A stretch of 64,000 nucleotides of DNA from Vicinamibacteria bacterium (GCA_963579735.1 CAUZIB010000005.1:6463-70462); one strand, 5' to 3'. Shown: positions 1 to 10,973, counted from the first letter of the stretch. Notes: a model not told the origin generated them from the sequence alone. Numbers and translations: made by a program.

Positions 1-13
1 CGCCCTCAATAGC

Positions 14-529
14 GTGAGCCGTCCGGCGTGGGCCTTCAAGCTCGGGCTGGTGCTCATCGTTCCGTCGATTGCCCTGACCTGGATGCGGCACGCGGTCTCG
101 TCCCCAGCCCTAGACCAGGGCGTATATGTGATGCTACTCCTGGCGTTTGCGTTCACCGCGGCCGCGACTCTCGCCCACACTCTGCAGGCGAGGCGGGTGG
201 CGGTCGATCAGATTTCCGGGGCACTGGCGGCGTATCTTCTGCTCGGACTGGTCTGGGGCCTGGCCTACTTCCTGCCCGAGTCCGCGGCACCAGGTTCGTT
301 GTCGATTGGGCCCGTGTCCCAAGAATCACGCTTGAACGCATCGCTCTATTACAGCTTTGTCACACTCACCACGCTCGGCTACGGCGACATCCTGCCGCTT
401 ACCGCCAAGGCGCGCTCGCTCGCCTACGTCGAGGCGGCCATCGGACAGACCTACCTGGCCGTCCTGGTCGCAAAGCTTGTCGAGATGCATGTGTCCGGCG
501 ATGCATCCGGCCACGACGACGCAAACTGA
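14..529 (+). CDS. Two-TM pore-only potassium channel
   Basis: 171-aa ORF with the K+ selectivity filter TTLGYGD between hydrophobic helices. The frame is open to the window edge, so the 5' end may be incomplete. Confidence 0.75.
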   Translation: MSRPAWAFKLGLVLIVPSIALTWMRHAVSSPALDQGVYVMLLLAFAFTAAATLAHTLQARRVAVDQISGALAAYLLLGLVWGLAYFLPESAAPGSLSIGPVSQESRLNASLYYSFVTLTTLGYGDILPLTAKARSLAYVEAAIGQTYLAVLVAKLVEMHVSGDASGHDDAN

Positions 530-686
530 CGCCCAACACGCTGACGGGGAAGCCGGGTCCTCACGACTCCGCTGCCGCACCAAAACGGGGGCATCAGAAC
601 TGGCACACCTAGCGCCGCAGCTAACAATGAAAACGGAGCGGCCGCGGATGCGGCCTTCCAAGCTCGGTTGAAACTGCAGGAGTTAA

Positions 687-763
<77 letters not shown>

Positions 764-814
764 GCAAGGGTCTTGCCCGATGGCCTGGCAGCCTGGTTCC
801 GAAGGAACACGAGC

Positions 815-889
815 TGGTGGGCGGTACAGGATTTGAACCTGTGACAGCCGGTGTGTAAAACCGGTGCTCTACCCCTGAGCTAACCGCCC
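815..889 (-). tRNA. tRNA-Val (TAC)
   Basis: 75-nt cloverleaf: acceptor GGGCGGT/ACCGCCC, D-arm GCTC..GAGC, anticodon loop TTTACAC, T-loop TTCAAAT, encoded CCA. Confidence 0.9.
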
Positions 890-913
890 TTTCGGGCTTC
901 GAGGTCCCAGCCG

Positions 914-1489
914 TCAGCCAAGTCGTAAGTATAGAACTTTCATCGCCAACACACCAAGCGCCGCGACAAGCCCCAAGAGCGCGTGGTGCTCTCCATTCTT
1001 AACAACCTGCGCAAAACTAAAGCGGCGAGTCGTGACGTGAAGAGTCCCTCCCGCGTAGCGGTCGTATGTCGAGCCAAATGCCTCACGCAGCGTGGCCTCT
1101 TCAAGCCGTATCGCCGCCCACAGCATCACGGCGAGATACCCGAGTACGACCAACGCCACCATTGGGTGGGCAGCCGCGACGACAAAGCCAAGACCCAACA
1201 TAAACGATCCTACATACAGCGGATGACGCGTAAGGCGATACGGACCGGACGTCGTGACCTCTTGGCTCTTGCGAAGATGACCCGCCGCCCAAACCCGTAT
1301 GGCCTCGCCCGCGCCGGCCAGAACCCCGCCGAGGGTTAGTGACATCCAGGTCGGTGCCGCGAACCAGAACGCGACGACCGCCACAACAAACCCGAGGCTC
1401 ACCCGGAGTCGGGCGAGGTGAAACAGATGACGTAGTGCGGGATTGGAATCGAGGTCGAGCATAGGCCGGGCGACGGAACACATTAGCAC
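914..1489 (-). CDS. Isoprenylcysteine carboxyl / phospholipid methyltransferase family membrane protein
   Basis: Multi-TM ORF with the family motif TSGPYRLTRHPLYVGSF. The start could be an internal Met. Confidence 0.65.
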   Translation of the reverse strand: MLMCSVARPMLDLDSNPALRHLFHLARLRVSLGFVVAVVAFWFAAPTWMSLTLGGVLAGAGEAIRVWAAGHLRKSQEVTTSGPYRLTRHPLYVGSFMLGLGFVVAAAHPMVALVVLGYLAVMLWAAIRLEEATLREAFGSTYDRYAGGTLHVTTRRFSFAQVVKNGEHHALLGLVAALGVLAMKVLYLRLG

Positions 1490-1537
1490 CTATCGGCCTC
1501 TTCCTCGGAGCGCGAGCTCTGACGGCCCGTCGCGTCG

Positions 1538-2635
1538 CTAACCCGACCGCCCGAGCCGAGCCGCGGCGACCGAGGCTGCCGATCGCTCCGCGCTCCTGCA
1601 GTGGAGGCGATGTCGAATCGCCTCGACCACTTCCTCGATCGCTATGTCGTCAAGACAGCGGCAGGGCTCCGCGCACCGGCGAACAATGACCCCGCGGGAC
1701 CCAGCACCTCGGTGTTCTTCTGCACAGGCGCACGTGGCCGACCGAGACAGCACGATGTCGGCCTCCGACCATGGCCCATTACGACCGGCGTCGCTTGGAC
1801 CATAGAGGGCCACGACCGGTGTCCCATACGCAGCCGCCAGGTGAAGCGGACCGGTGTCGCCAGCCAACACGACGGCCGCCCCTTTCGAAAGGCCGGCCAA
1901 CTCAGCGATATCCGTCGGTGGAGTAACCGTCGCGGCCCCACCCGAGAGCGTGGTCACGGCGTCGGCCAGACTACGCTCGCCGGGCCCCCAGGAAATCGCG
2001 CTCGAAATCCCCAATTCTGTTTTGACCCGACTGGCGACCGCCCCGAACGCCGCGGGTGGCCAGCGTTTGCTCGGCCAGGCCGCACCTGGATTGATCAGCA
2101 TGAACCCACCGTGCCCCGTCAGACCGAGTGACGTCCGCGTCTTGACCAGGGCGTTCGTGGGCGGGTCACTCAGAGGAAAGGCGCCCGCTCGTGTGAACAG
2201 ACCGAGATGTGACGCCAAAGACAAGTTCTTTTCGATGACGTGGACACAATCAACGACGGGAGCATGCTCGGTATGAAACCAGCGCGCGGCCGGCTCGCGC
2301 AGCTGCGAGGCCTCGAACCCGACCACGCGACTCGCTCCAGCCAGGCGCGCAGCGATCGCCGACTTGAGCAACCCTTGGGCGTCCACTGCAATGTCGTATC
2401 GCTCGCGGCGAAGGATTGATACGACACGACGAAACCGTCCAAATCGACCAGCCCCGGTGCGGGGCCACACGATGCACCGGTCGACGTCCGACACCAATTC
2501 GACAAAGGCCTGGAATCGTTCGTCCACCAACCAGTCAATCCGAGCGGTAGGAAATCCCTCTCGCAACGCGGCCACGACCGGCACGGTGTGCACGAGATCG
2601 CCGAGGGCACTCAGACGGACAACGAGAATCCGCAT
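1538..2635 (-). CDS. GT9 ADP-heptose:LPS heptosyltransferase
   Basis: N-terminus MRILVVRLSALGDLVHTVPV and C-terminal GDTGPLHLAAAYGTP are typical of RfaC/RfaF. Start set at MRILVV rather than the ORF-track Met at 2692. Confidence 0.8.
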   Translation of the reverse strand: MRILVVRLSALGDLVHTVPVVAALREGFPTARIDWLVDERFQAFVELVSDVDRCIVWPRTGAGRFGRFRRVVSILRRERYDIAVDAQGLLKSAIAARLAGASRVVGFEASQLREPAARWFHTEHAPVVDCVHVIEKNLSLASHLGLFTRAGAFPLSDPPTNALVKTRTSLGLTGHGGFMLINPGAAWPSKRWPPAAFGAVASRVKTELGISSAISWGPGERSLADAVTTLSGGAATVTPPTDIAELAGLSKGAAVVLAGDTGPLHLAAAYGTPVVALYGPSDAGRNGPWSEADIVLSRSATCACAEEHRGAGSRGVIVRRCAEPCRCLDDIAIEEVVEAIRHRLHCRSAERSAASVAAARLGRSG

Positions 2636-2764
2636 GCGGTGGACTGTACCAGCCTGCTCGCTGATACGCTGACTATTTCGGTCCGAAGACACGATACGCC
2701 GGTGGAAAAAGATGCCCCGGCCACGTGATGAGACCCGTCGGACCGGCGCTCCTGGTCTGTCTTT

Positions 2765-3832
2765 TCAAAGCGGGCGGTTGAGGTCGACCGTGACTGCCCG
2801 CCGGAGTTCGTCGCTGGACAGCGCGCACGCATCTCGCGTTGGGCCAAGCAATCCAGCTCCGTAGGCTGCAAGTCGGGCCGCCTCGTAGAATGACGCGCCC
2901 GCGGCCAGCGCCAAGGCAAGCGTCGCCGATACGATATCGCCCGCCCCGGTATGACCATTGACCTCGACGGTGCGAATGACCGGAAAATGCGTCGTTCGTT
3001 GTCGGGTTTCGAAGAGCGATATGCCCTTGCCGCCCCGGGTCAAGACCACTGCTTTCGCGCATGTTCGCCGCAAGATCGCGCGACCCGCCCGCTCGAGACG
3101 ATTGGGGTGATCACCTATGGTGACGTCGAGCGCGGTCTCCGCCCCTGATTCGTTGAGGGTGCAAATGGTGGGTCCGTGATAGTGCAAAGGGTTGTGACGC
3201 GAATCAACGAGCACTGGCACAGGCAGCCGCCGTGAACGCTTGGCGACCTGCTGAGTAAGGGCCGTCACCAACCCGGCGGTCACCAGCCCAGAACCGTGGT
3301 CTGAGACCAGCACGGCATCGCAATCGAGCGCGGCCTGGCCGGCCGCCTGCTCGATACTCGTTGCCACGACACGTTTGTCGACCGCCGATGCGTGCCGGTC
3401 GATCCGCACGATCTGCTGCGACACCGATTGGAGACCCCGAGCCATGACAAGTGTCCTGACTGGCGTGTGATAGGCCCTGAGCCGCGTCAGCCGGCGCTTG
3501 TCGACGCCCCGCGGGAACGCGCGGGCCACGCGTCGGCCGACGTCATCTGACCCGAGAATCCCGACGAGACGTGCCTGTCCATCCAACCCTGCCACCTGCG
3601 TGGCCGCGTTCCCCGCCCCCCCCGGCCGAACGGTCGTATGCTCGTAGTCGACGACCAAGACTGGCGCGTCACCCGACACCTTCGAGACCTGTCCGTGGAC
3701 ATACTCCTCCGCGAACACGTCGCCGACGACGACAACCCGTCGCTGCCGAAATCCATCAACCAGCCCCAGGAGACGAGTCTCGAGCTCGTGGTTTCCAGGT
3801 CGGGGATGAATAGATGAGACCGACAGACTCAT
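2765..3832 (-). CDS. D-beta-D-heptose 7-phosphate kinase (RfaE domain I, PfkB family)
   Basis: VVVVGDVFAEEY...PGGAGNAA and TGAGD motifs of PfkB sugar kinases. The start forms an ATGA overlap with the upstream gene's stop at 3829-3832. Confidence 0.75.
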   Translation of the reverse strand: MSLSVSSIHPRPGNHELETRLLGLVDGFRQRRVVVVGDVFAEEYVHGQVSKVSGDAPVLVVDYEHTTVRPGGAGNAATQVAGLDGQARLVGILGSDDVGRRVARAFPRGVDKRRLTRLRAYHTPVRTLVMARGLQSVSQQIVRIDRHASAVDKRVVATSIEQAAGQAALDCDAVLVSDHGSGLVTAGLVTALTQQVAKRSRRLPVPVLVDSRHNPLHYHGPTICTLNESGAETALDVTIGDHPNRLERAGRAILRRTCAKAVVLTRGGKGISLFETRQRTTHFPVIRTVEVNGHTGAGDIVSATLALALAAGASFYEAARLAAYGAGLLGPTRDACALSSDELRRAVTVDLNRPL

Positions 3833-4752
3833 TCCGCCCGCCGCTCGGATGACGCCGGGAACTCGCCCTCGCTGACATCGGGCTCCCGCCAGCGCCGATG
3901 CATCCAGAACCACAACTCCGGCTGCCGGCGAACATACGCTTCGAGGACATCGCTACATCGCTGCGTATAGGTGAGGATCGGGTCGGGATCATCAGCCGCG
4001 GGCGGCTCGATAGGACGCTCGTAAATCGTTCGATACCGTCCCCCCGGAAGCGGCAATGCGAAGACCGGGATAATCGGAGCACCGGCGCGAAGGGCCAGTG
4101 ACGCGATCGCCGATGTCGTTGCGGCGGGTCGAGCAAAAAAGTCGACCGTCACGGCACTTCGGTCTTGAATGTGCTGGTCGATCATCATGCCGACCGAGCC
4201 ACGGGCTCGCAGCGTGCGCATGAGTCCGCGGACTGCACCCTGACGCGGGATGACACGCGTCCCAACGCGCGTGCGGATGCGCTCGATCAGACGTTCCAAC
4301 AACGGGTTATCGAGCGTGCGAGCCACCATGACAATCGGCCCGAACCGGAATGCGTGCATCATCACCTGCAGCTCCCAATAGCCGAAATGCCCGGTAAAAA
4401 ACATCACACCGCGCCCGGCGGACAACGCCTGGTCAACATGCTCCTCTCCCTCGAGGTCGATGTGGCGCATCATGTCGTCCGAGCTCATTCCGCTAAAGAT
4501 GAGCAGATCGACGAGGTGACGTCCGAAATGACGAAACGTCCCATGCAAAATCGCGTGGCAATCGTCCTCGGAGCGGGAGGGAAACGCCCGTTTGAGATTG
4601 TCAAGGGCCAGCGCGCGGCGACGACCGTAGAGCGCGTGGAAGAGACGACCCAGCATGCTGCCAAAGCCCAGTCCGACTCGCCGCGGCAGCCAGCGAACAC
4701 AGGTCGACACCACCAACACCGTGTAGTACTCGAGCCAGTGCCGCCACATCAT
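3829..4752 (-). CDS. Lipid A biosynthesis (Kdo2-lipid IVA) late acyltransferase, LpxL/HtrB family
   Basis: LDNLKRAFP, FFTGHFGYWE and MMIDQH-type motifs. Its start overlaps the lpxK stop. Confidence 0.8.
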   Translation of the reverse strand: MMWRHWLEYYTVLVVSTCVRWLPRRVGLGFGSMLGRLFHALYGRRRALALDNLKRAFPSRSEDDCHAILHGTFRHFGRHLVDLLIFSGMSSDDMMRHIDLEGEEHVDQALSAGRGVMFFTGHFGYWELQVMMHAFRFGPIVMVARTLDNPLLERLIERIRTRVGTRVIPRQGAVRGLMRTLRARGSVGMMIDQHIQDRSAVTVDFFARPAATTSAIASLALRAGAPIIPVFALPLPGGRYRTIYERPIEPPAADDPDPILTYTQRCSDVLEAYVRRQPELWFWMHRRWREPDVSEGEFPASSERRAE

Positions 4753-5819
4753 TGGCGTGCCCGCCGGGCCGTCGCCACGGCCCGTGCGACGAAGGTCCGA
4801 AAACGTGCCGCCGGCGCCACGCCGATCCGCAGCGGAACCCAGCGGAGCGGAAAAGGAAGCGGCGAGCGCGTCTCGAATCGCACGACATCCTTCTCCGTCG
4901 TCAACACGTGCGTGGCCGCCGTCGCCGTCAGGCGCTTGCCGATCCGATCGATGTCGCGTGACGAATAGACGTGGTGGTCGGCAAAACTCATCGCGTCAAC
5001 CAGTTCGTATCCGGCACGCCGCAACGCCTCGAAGAACGCCAGCGGTCTGGCGATCCCACAGACGGCCAGGCACTTGGCGCCAGCATCGCTCTGACTCGGC
5101 GAGGCAAATGACACACTCTGTGACTTCTCGAGCCGCCGAGAAAACGAAAATGTTTCGCCCGCGAGAACCGTTCTAGGAAGCGACGGTACCTCGTGGTCGG
5201 TCCGTTGACTGACACGACTGGCCGCGTGACCGTCGGCGTTCGTGTCGCCGTCGGCCTCAATCAAGACCGCGTCCACGGTGTGTCCAGCGTCAACCGACTC
5301 GCGTAGACGCCCGGCGGGCAACGGTCGTCCCGTGAGATCATCTCGACCGAGCACCAAGATGTCGACGTCACGATTCAGGCGCAGATGCTGATACCCGTCG
5401 TCTAGCACGTGCACGGTGGCTCCCAATTCTCTTTCTGCGACCTGCCCGGCAAGATAGCGGTTGTCCGCCACGACGACCGACGTATCGCTGAGGCGTCGCG
5501 CCATCATAAATGGCTCGTCACCGGCAACCTCGATACCCGCGCGGAGACCGCCGCGTTCGCTGACGACAACGGCACCGGTCGGTCTCCGTTGGCGTCCATA
5601 CCCGCGGCTCAGTATCGCCGGGTGCTCGCCCAGTGACGCCAACGTGCGCGCCACGACTACTGCCACCGGCGTCTTTCCACTGCCCCCGGCCGCCAGGGCA
5701 CCGACGCTGATGACTGGTCGGTCGAGCCAACGTCGGTGTTGTGGGTGGCCCGTATACCACTGCCGACGTCGCGCGGCGACCCCGGCATACACGGCGCCCA
5801 AGAAACCCGCCCCGGCCAT
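4749..5819 (-). CDS. lpxK: Tetraacyldisaccharide 4'-kinase
   Basis: P-loop ISVGALAAGGSGKTP. Start chosen at MAGAGFLG (AGGA 6 nt upstream, 1 nt after the waaA stop), with an alternative Met at 5861. The 516-aa ORF-track extension is a GC artefact. Confidence 0.8.
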   Translation of the reverse strand: MAGAGFLGAVYAGVAARRRQWYTGHPQHRRWLDRPVISVGALAAGGSGKTPVAVVVARTLASLGEHPAILSRGYGRQRRPTGAVVVSERGGLRAGIEVAGDEPFMMARRLSDTSVVVADNRYLAGQVAERELGATVHVLDDGYQHLRLNRDVDILVLGRDDLTGRPLPAGRLRESVDAGHTVDAVLIEADGDTNADGHAASRVSQRTDHEVPSLPRTVLAGETFSFSRRLEKSQSVSFASPSQSDAGAKCLAVCGIARPLAFFEALRRAGYELVDAMSFADHHVYSSRDIDRIGKRLTATAATHVLTTEKDVVRFETRSPLPFPLRWVPLRIGVAPAARFRTFVARAVATARRARQ

Positions 5820-5820
5820 C

Positions 5821-7167
5821 TCAGGTCCTGCCCCGCGCCGTGGGCTCGGGCCTGACATCATCACGCCGCGGGCTGGAGTTGGGTGGCAGAAGAACGCGGA
5901 TAACATCGAGAGTCCTGATACCCGCTCCTCGGTTCGCCTCGACGACCGCATACGCTGCGGCCCCGAGAGTCGCGCATCGCGCCGGGTCTCGAGTGAGCGC
6001 GACCAGCACCTGCTCGAGCTCCTGTGCCGAGTGGACCTGCACCGCGGCACCGTGGCGAACAAATATGTCGGCCGTCTCCGCAAAATTCTGCATATGCGGT
6101 CCAAACACGATGGGCTTTCTATACACCGCCGGTTCGAGAATGTTGTGCCCACCGGCCGGCACCAGACTCCCTCCGACAAAGACGATGCTGGCCAATTGAA
6201 AAAGCCGCGCCAGCTCGCCCACCGTATCCAGCACGATGACGTCGACAGAAGACTCCGCGTGTGTTTCAAGCGCGGTGCGAGCGACCGTGGTGAAGCCACA
6301 CGCGTTTGCGCTGGCCATCACGGTGGAAGCCCGCTCGGGATGCCGAGGCGCGAGCACGAGTACCGCGCGCGAGTCGGTTTTTCTGACCTCCTCGAAGGCA
6401 CGTAGCACGGGCTCGTCTTCACCGGAAAGGGTGCTCGCGGCCATCACGACCATGCGGTCACGAGCGAAGGCGAAGCGCGTCAAGAGGCCATCCCCAGGGT
6501 CGGTCTCGCTCGCCTTCGCGCCATCGGATGCGTCGAATTTCAGACTCCCAGTCACCGCTAACCGCTCGGCGGGCAGACCGAGGTTCACAAACCGCTGCCC
6601 CCACCGGTTGGTCTGCGCGCACACCCTATCCACGTCGCGGAGCACGCGTCGCATGAACGGTCGTCCGCGGCGATAGCCGCGATAGGAACGGTCCGAGATC
6701 CGCCCGTTGACGATCACCGTCTTCACCCCTCGTCGTCGACAGGCGCGTAGCCAGTTTGGCCAAATTTCGGTGTCCACAAAGATCATCAGCTCGGGAGAGA
6801 CGCTGGCCAGACTCCGCCGAACAAAGCGCGGGAGGTCAAGCGGCGCGTAGAAGACGCCGTCAACGACGTCACCCAGCTGGTGTGCAACCTTTTGCCCGGT
6901 CGCGGTCGTGGTCGACAGGAGAAGTCGATGAGTCGGATAAACCAAACGCAAGGCATCGAGGAGCGGACGCACCGTAACCACTTCGCCGACCGACACGGCG
7001 TGGACCCATATTGACGGCGTCTTTCCACGCCACAGCGATGCGGGAACCTGCCCCACCCTGTCTCCTAGCCTTCCCCAAGGCTTCCCAAACCGTAGGCGTT
7101 GATACCAAACCACCGGGAGAACTGCTATGAAGTAAAAACAAAGGAGGACGCTATAGAGAAGGTACAT
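5821..7167 (-). CDS. waaA: 3-deoxy-D-manno-octulosonic acid (Kdo) transferase
   Basis: IWVHAVSVGEV motif and a GT30 C-terminal domain. Start set at MYLLYSVLLCFYF, an N-terminal TM helix. Confidence 0.85.
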   Translation of the reverse strand: MYLLYSVLLCFYFIAVLPVVWYQRLRFGKPWGRLGDRVGQVPASLWRGKTPSIWVHAVSVGEVVTVRPLLDALRLVYPTHRLLLSTTTATGQKVAHQLGDVVDGVFYAPLDLPRFVRRSLASVSPELMIFVDTEIWPNWLRACRRRGVKTVIVNGRISDRSYRGYRRGRPFMRRVLRDVDRVCAQTNRWGQRFVNLGLPAERLAVTGSLKFDASDGAKASETDPGDGLLTRFAFARDRMVVMAASTLSGEDEPVLRAFEEVRKTDSRAVLVLAPRHPERASTVMASANACGFTTVARTALETHAESSVDVIVLDTVGELARLFQLASIVFVGGSLVPAGGHNILEPAVYRKPIVFGPHMQNFAETADIFVRHGAAVQVHSAQELEQVLVALTRDPARCATLGAAAYAVVEANRGAGIRTLDVIRVLLPPNSSPRRDDVRPEPTARGRT

Positions 7168-7213
7168 GCACCGGTCTGGCAGTATAGCGTGGGATGCTGA
7201 AGACCGAGCGGCG

Positions 7214-7243
7214 TTGACCCTCAAAAGACCGGCAAACTATAAT
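7214..7243 (+). promoter_or_regulatory. Sigma-70-like promoter upstream of gap
   Basis: TTGACC (7214-7219), an 18-nt spacer, then TATAAT (7238-7243), about 120 nt upstream of the gap ATG. Confidence 0.45.
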
Positions 7244-7361
7244 GAAATGTTTACTTTACCCGCAGGCTGCCGACACGGTCTCCACTATCCTGCGCGTGCT
7301 CACACCGCTCGCGATGTGGAGTGACTTCAGGGAATCACAATCTTGAGAGGGACGGGACGAG

Positions 7362-8375
7362 ATGCGCACCAAGGTGGGAATTAATGGGTTCGGGCGAATC
7401 GGTCGCAATATCTTTCGGGCCGCTATGCAACAACGGGGGGCGGACCTGGAGCTTGTGGCCATCAACGATATTACGAGCACCGAGACCTTGGCCCACCTGC
7501 TCAAATACGACTCCGTCCTTGGCAATCTGACCGAGTCCGTCACCGTTGAAGGCGATCGCATTCGAGTCGGCGACCGTTCGTTCCGGGTCCTGGCCGAGCG
7601 TGACCCTGGCGCCTTGCCGTGGGGTGATTTGGGCGTTGATGTCGTGCTCGAGTCGACCGGTCTTTTTACAAAACGAGAAGATGCTGCCAAGCATCTCGCG
7701 GCGGGAGCGAAGAAGGTCGTCATCACTGCGCCGGCCAAGGGTCCTGACCTCATGCTGGTGCTCGGGGTCAATGATGATGAATACGACCCTGCCCGTCATC
7801 AGATCATCTCCAACGCGTCATGCACCACAAACTGTCTCGCCCCGATGGCGAAGGTGCTCAACGATACGTTCGGCTTGAAACGCGGTTGGATGACGACCGT
7901 GCACGCGTATACCAACGACCAACGTCTCCTAGATTTACCGCACGGAGACCTCCGTCGGGCGCGGGCGGCCGCCCTCTCCATGATTCCGACCACCACCGGC
8001 GCCGCCAGCGCCGTCGGTCAGGTGCTGCCAGCGCTCAAAGGCAAGCTCGACGGAATCTCCCTGCGTGTCCCCACTCCCAATGTTTCTGTCGTCGACCTCG
8101 TTGCCGATCTCGAGAAACCGGCCACCGCGGAATCGATCAACGCCGCGTTCGCCGCCGCCGAAGCCGGACCGCTCAAGGGCATCTTGCATCTGTCGACCGA
8201 ACCGCTCGTCTCCATCGACTTCCGCGGTAATCCGCACTCCTCCATCATCGACGCGGCGTATACAAAAGTGATGGACGGCGATTTTGTCAAGGTGTTGTCG
8301 TGGTATGACAACGAGTGGGGCTATTCGTCACGGTGTGTCGACCTCGTGGCAAAAATTGGCCAGCTGGGGGTCTAG
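7362..8375 (+). CDS. gap: Glyceraldehyde-3-phosphate dehydrogenase, type I
   Basis: [13 protein letters not shown] Rossmann motif and the active site [12 protein letters not shown]. Confidence 0.95.
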   Translation: MRTKVGINGFGRIGRNIFRAAMQQRGADLELVAINDITSTETLAHLLKYDSVLGNLTESVTVEGDRIRVGDRSFRVLAERDPGALPWGDLGVDVVLESTGLFTKREDAAKHLAAGAKKVVITAPAKGPDLMLVLGVNDDEYDPARHQIISNASCTTNCLAPMAKVLNDTFGLKRGWMTTVHAYTNDQRLLDLPHGDLRRARAAALSMIPTTTGAASAVGQVLPALKGKLDGISLRVPTPNVSVVDLVADLEKPATAESINAAFAAAEAGPLKGILHLSTEPLVSIDFRGNPHSSIIDAAYTKVMDGDFVKVLSWYDNEWGYSSRCVDLVAKIGQLGV

Positions 8376-8381
8376 GAGACC

Positions 8382-9578
8382 GTGCGGAAACGCACCATCC
8401 GCGACCTAGAGCTTCGCGGCAAGCGAGCCTTTGTTCGCGTCGACTTCAACGTCCCCATCGTCGACGGAATCGTCGGCGATGACACGCGAATTCGGGCAGC
8501 CCTCCCGACGCTTCAGCTTGCGCTCGACCAAAACGCCGTTCTTGTCTTGGCGTCACATCTGGGCCGCCCCAAGGGGCAACGGGCGCCGGCACTCAGCCTG
8601 GAGCCGGTGGGCGCGCATCTCTCATCGCTCCTCGACCGACCCGTTTGTTTTGTCGACGACTGCGTTGGCGAGAATGTACGCGCCGTCGTTGAAGCGGCGG
8701 AACCGGGGAGTGTCGTGCTGCTCGAAAACCTACGGTTTCACGCCGAGGAAGAACAAAACGACCTCGGCTTCGCCGCTGAGCTCGCCCAATCATCCCGGGC
8801 GGATGTGTTTGTGAACGACGCCTTTGGCGCCGCTCACCGGGCGCATGCGTCGACTGTAGGAGTCGTCGCCCATGTCGAGACCGCCGCCGCGGGCCTGCTC
8901 ATGGCCGACGAGCTGCGGCACCTCGGTGCACTTCTCGGGTCACCCGACCGACCGTTTATCGCAATCATCGGTGGCTCAAAAGTATCCGGAAAACTCGAGG
9001 TGATCGAACACCTCCTGACCCGGGTCGACACCCTCCTCATTGGGGGGGCAATGGCCTACACGTTTTTTCTAGCGCGAGGTTGGCCCACCGGCCGGTCGCT
9101 CGTCGAACCGGAGCTCGTCGATGCCACTCGTCGCGTCGAGGAGACCGCCCGCGAGAAGAATGTGACGCTCATGCTGCCATCAGATCATGTCGTTGCCGAG
9201 CGGATAGAAGGGGGCGCCGAGTGCGAGACCATCGACGTCCGCGACATAACCATCGGCGACCGGTTCGGGCTGGACATTGGCCCCCAGACCGCTGCGGCCT
9301 ATGGCACGGCCATTCATAGCGCGCGCACCATCGTCTGGAACGGCCCTATGGGCGTGTTCGAGATCGACCAGCTCGCCGAGGGTACCCTGAGCGTGGCCCA
9401 CGCAGTCGCTCAGTCACCCGCCCGGTCCGTCATCGGCGGTGGGGACTCCATTGCCGCCGCCTCGAAAGCTGGAATCACCGACCAGGTCACCCACCTCTCC
9501 ACCGGCGGCGGGGCATCGCTAGAGTTTCTTAGCGGACGCACCCTGCCCGGGATCGCAGCCCTCCCCGACATTCCCTAA
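8382..9578 (+). CDS. pgk: Phosphoglycerate kinase
   Basis: [15 protein letters not shown] and GGGDS motifs. GTG start after a GGAGA ribosome-binding site. Confidence 0.95.
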   Translation: MRKRTIRDLELRGKRAFVRVDFNVPIVDGIVGDDTRIRAALPTLQLALDQNAVLVLASHLGRPKGQRAPALSLEPVGAHLSSLLDRPVCFVDDCVGENVRAVVEAAEPGSVVLLENLRFHAEEEQNDLGFAAELAQSSRADVFVNDAFGAAHRAHASTVGVVAHVETAAAGLLMADELRHLGALLGSPDRPFIAIIGGSKVSGKLEVIEHLLTRVDTLLIGGAMAYTFFLARGWPTGRSLVEPELVDATRRVEETAREKNVTLMLPSDHVVAERIEGGAECETIDVRDITIGDRFGLDIGPQTAAAYGTAIHSARTIVWNGPMGVFEIDQLAEGTLSVAHAVAQSPARSVIGGGDSIAAASKAGITDQVTHLSTGGGASLEFLSGRTLPGIAALPDIP

Positions 9579-9601
9579 GAGCCGAGGGTCAGAAGAGGCC
9601 A

Positions 9602-10363
9602 ATGAGAACGCCCTTTGTTGCCGCCAATTGGAAAATGCACAAGACGGTGTCTGAATCCGTCGACTACGCGCGCACGCTGCGAGGCCATCTCGAACAGACC
9701 GACGGCGTGGACATTGCGCTCGCGCCCCCGTTTACCGCACTCAACGCGCTCCGCAACGCGTTGCATGACGCGCCGATACACGTGGCCGGGCAGGATCTGT
9801 ATTGGGAGAAGCAAGGCGCCTTTACCGGCCAGGTCAGCGCAGCCATGCTGACCGACGCCGGCGCCAGCCATGTCATCATCGGGCACTCAGAACGCCGTCA
9901 CATCTTTGGCGAAACTGACGACCAAGTCGCGAAGAAGGTGGCCGCAGCAGTTGACGCCAATTTGACGCCTATTGTCTGTGTCGGAGAAACGCTCGAACAA
10001 CGAGACGGCGACAAAACCCTCGACGTGCTCGATCGACAGCTTACTGCCGCATTCGCCGAGCTGTCGGCGGGCGATGCACACAGTGCCATCGTGGCCTACG
10101 AACCCGTATGGGCAATCGGCACCGGCCGGAACGCGACGCCGGAGCAAGCCCAGGTAGCGCATGCTCATCTCCGGGCGCGCATCGCTGCGATATTCGGAAG
10201 CGACCTGGCGGCGGCCTGCCGGGTCATCTACGGGGGCAGCGTCAAACCTTCGAACGTCGCAGCCCTCTCAAGCCAGCCAGATGTCGATGGATCCCTCGTC
10301 GGTGGTGCCGGTCTCGACCCCGACGGCTTCGCCGAGATCGTCAGACAGTCCCAGACGGTATAA
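9602..10363 (+). CDS. tpiA: Triosephosphate isomerase
   Basis: VAANWKMH, IIGHSERR and AYEPVWAIGTG motifs. Confidence 0.95.
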   Translation: MRTPFVAANWKMHKTVSESVDYARTLRGHLEQTDGVDIALAPPFTALNALRNALHDAPIHVAGQDLYWEKQGAFTGQVSAAMLTDAGASHVIIGHSERRHIFGETDDQVAKKVAAAVDANLTPIVCVGETLEQRDGDKTLDVLDRQLTAAFAELSAGDAHSAIVAYEPVWAIGTGRNATPEQAQVAHAHLRARIAAIFGSDLAAACRVIYGGSVKPSNVAALSSQPDVDGSLVGGAGLDPDGFAEIVRQSQTV

Positions 10364-10373
10364 TTTCCCCGAT

Positions 10374-10706
10374 ATGCTGAGTATGGTCTTGACCGGTGTT
10401 TTCGCGGTTGCTTGCTTCCTCCTGCTCACGGTCGTGCTTCTCCAGCAGGGCAAAGGTGGAGATATCGCCGCAGCGTTCGGCGGCAGTGGAAGCCAGGCCG
10501 CCTTTGGCGCGCGCGCGGGCGCAACCGTACTGACGCGGGCCACAACCGTCCTCGGCGCGATCTTTATGGTCGGCGCCATGGTATTGGCCATCATCGGCCA
10601 ACGCGAACCCAGCTCCGTCCTCAGTGGCATCGAGGGCCCAGACGCCCCCGTCGTGTCCATTGAAGACGAGATCCCCGACGACTCGGCTCCGGTCGAACCG
10701 CAGTAA
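10374..10706 (+). CDS. secG: Preprotein translocase subunit SecG
   Basis: Internal start MLSMVLTG in ORF 10161-10706, with LLQQGKGGDIAAAFGG and two TM helices. Follows the conserved tpiA-secG-tRNA-Leu synteny. Confidence 0.85.
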   Translation: MLSMVLTGVFAVACFLLLTVVLLQQGKGGDIAAAFGGSGSQAAFGARAGATVLTRATTVLGAIFMVGAMVLAIIGQREPSSVLSGIEGPDAPVVSIEDEIPDDSAPVEPQ

Positions 10707-10730
10707 CCAAATCTGCTCGGCCCACAATTC

Positions 10731-10817
10731 GCGGAAGTGGCGGAACTGGCAGACGCACCAGCTTGAGGGGCTGGCGGTGGCAACATCGTGGGGGTTCGAA
10801 TCCCCCCTTCCGCACCA
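10731..10817 (+). tRNA. tRNA-Leu (GAG)
   Basis: 87-nt class II tRNA: acceptor GCGGAAG/CTTCCGC, anticodon loop TTGAGGG, long variable arm, T-loop TTCGAAT, encoded CCA. Confidence 0.9.
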
Positions 10818-10866
10818 TATTTAAAACCCCCTGTAAACCGGCACGTTTTTGCATCTGGGCGCTGTT

Positions 10867-10886
10867 TTTGCCCACCATTTGCCCAC
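10867..10886 (+). repeat. Repeat copy 1: TTTGCCCACCATTTGCCCAC (tandem TTTGCCCAC, 11-bp period)
   Basis: Identical 20-mer also at 14615-14634, with a diverged copy at 20713-20731. Lies 50-70 nt after the tRNA-Leu end. Confidence 0.7.
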
Positions 10887-10973
10887 CGATTTCGGAAAAC
10901 GGGTATCAGCGCCCGTAAACCGATGTGGCTCTCACCTCAGACGCGCATAGAATAGGCCCCTCGATACGAGCGT

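Noticed and set aside
4165-6405. Long plus-strand ORFs (4165-4968, 5461-6405, 5741-6199) opposite the LPS operon
   Set aside because: They are antisense to genes with strong family motifs (LpxL, LpxK, WaaA). Their Arg/Pro-rich composition has no recognisable domains, so they are GC-driven open frames.
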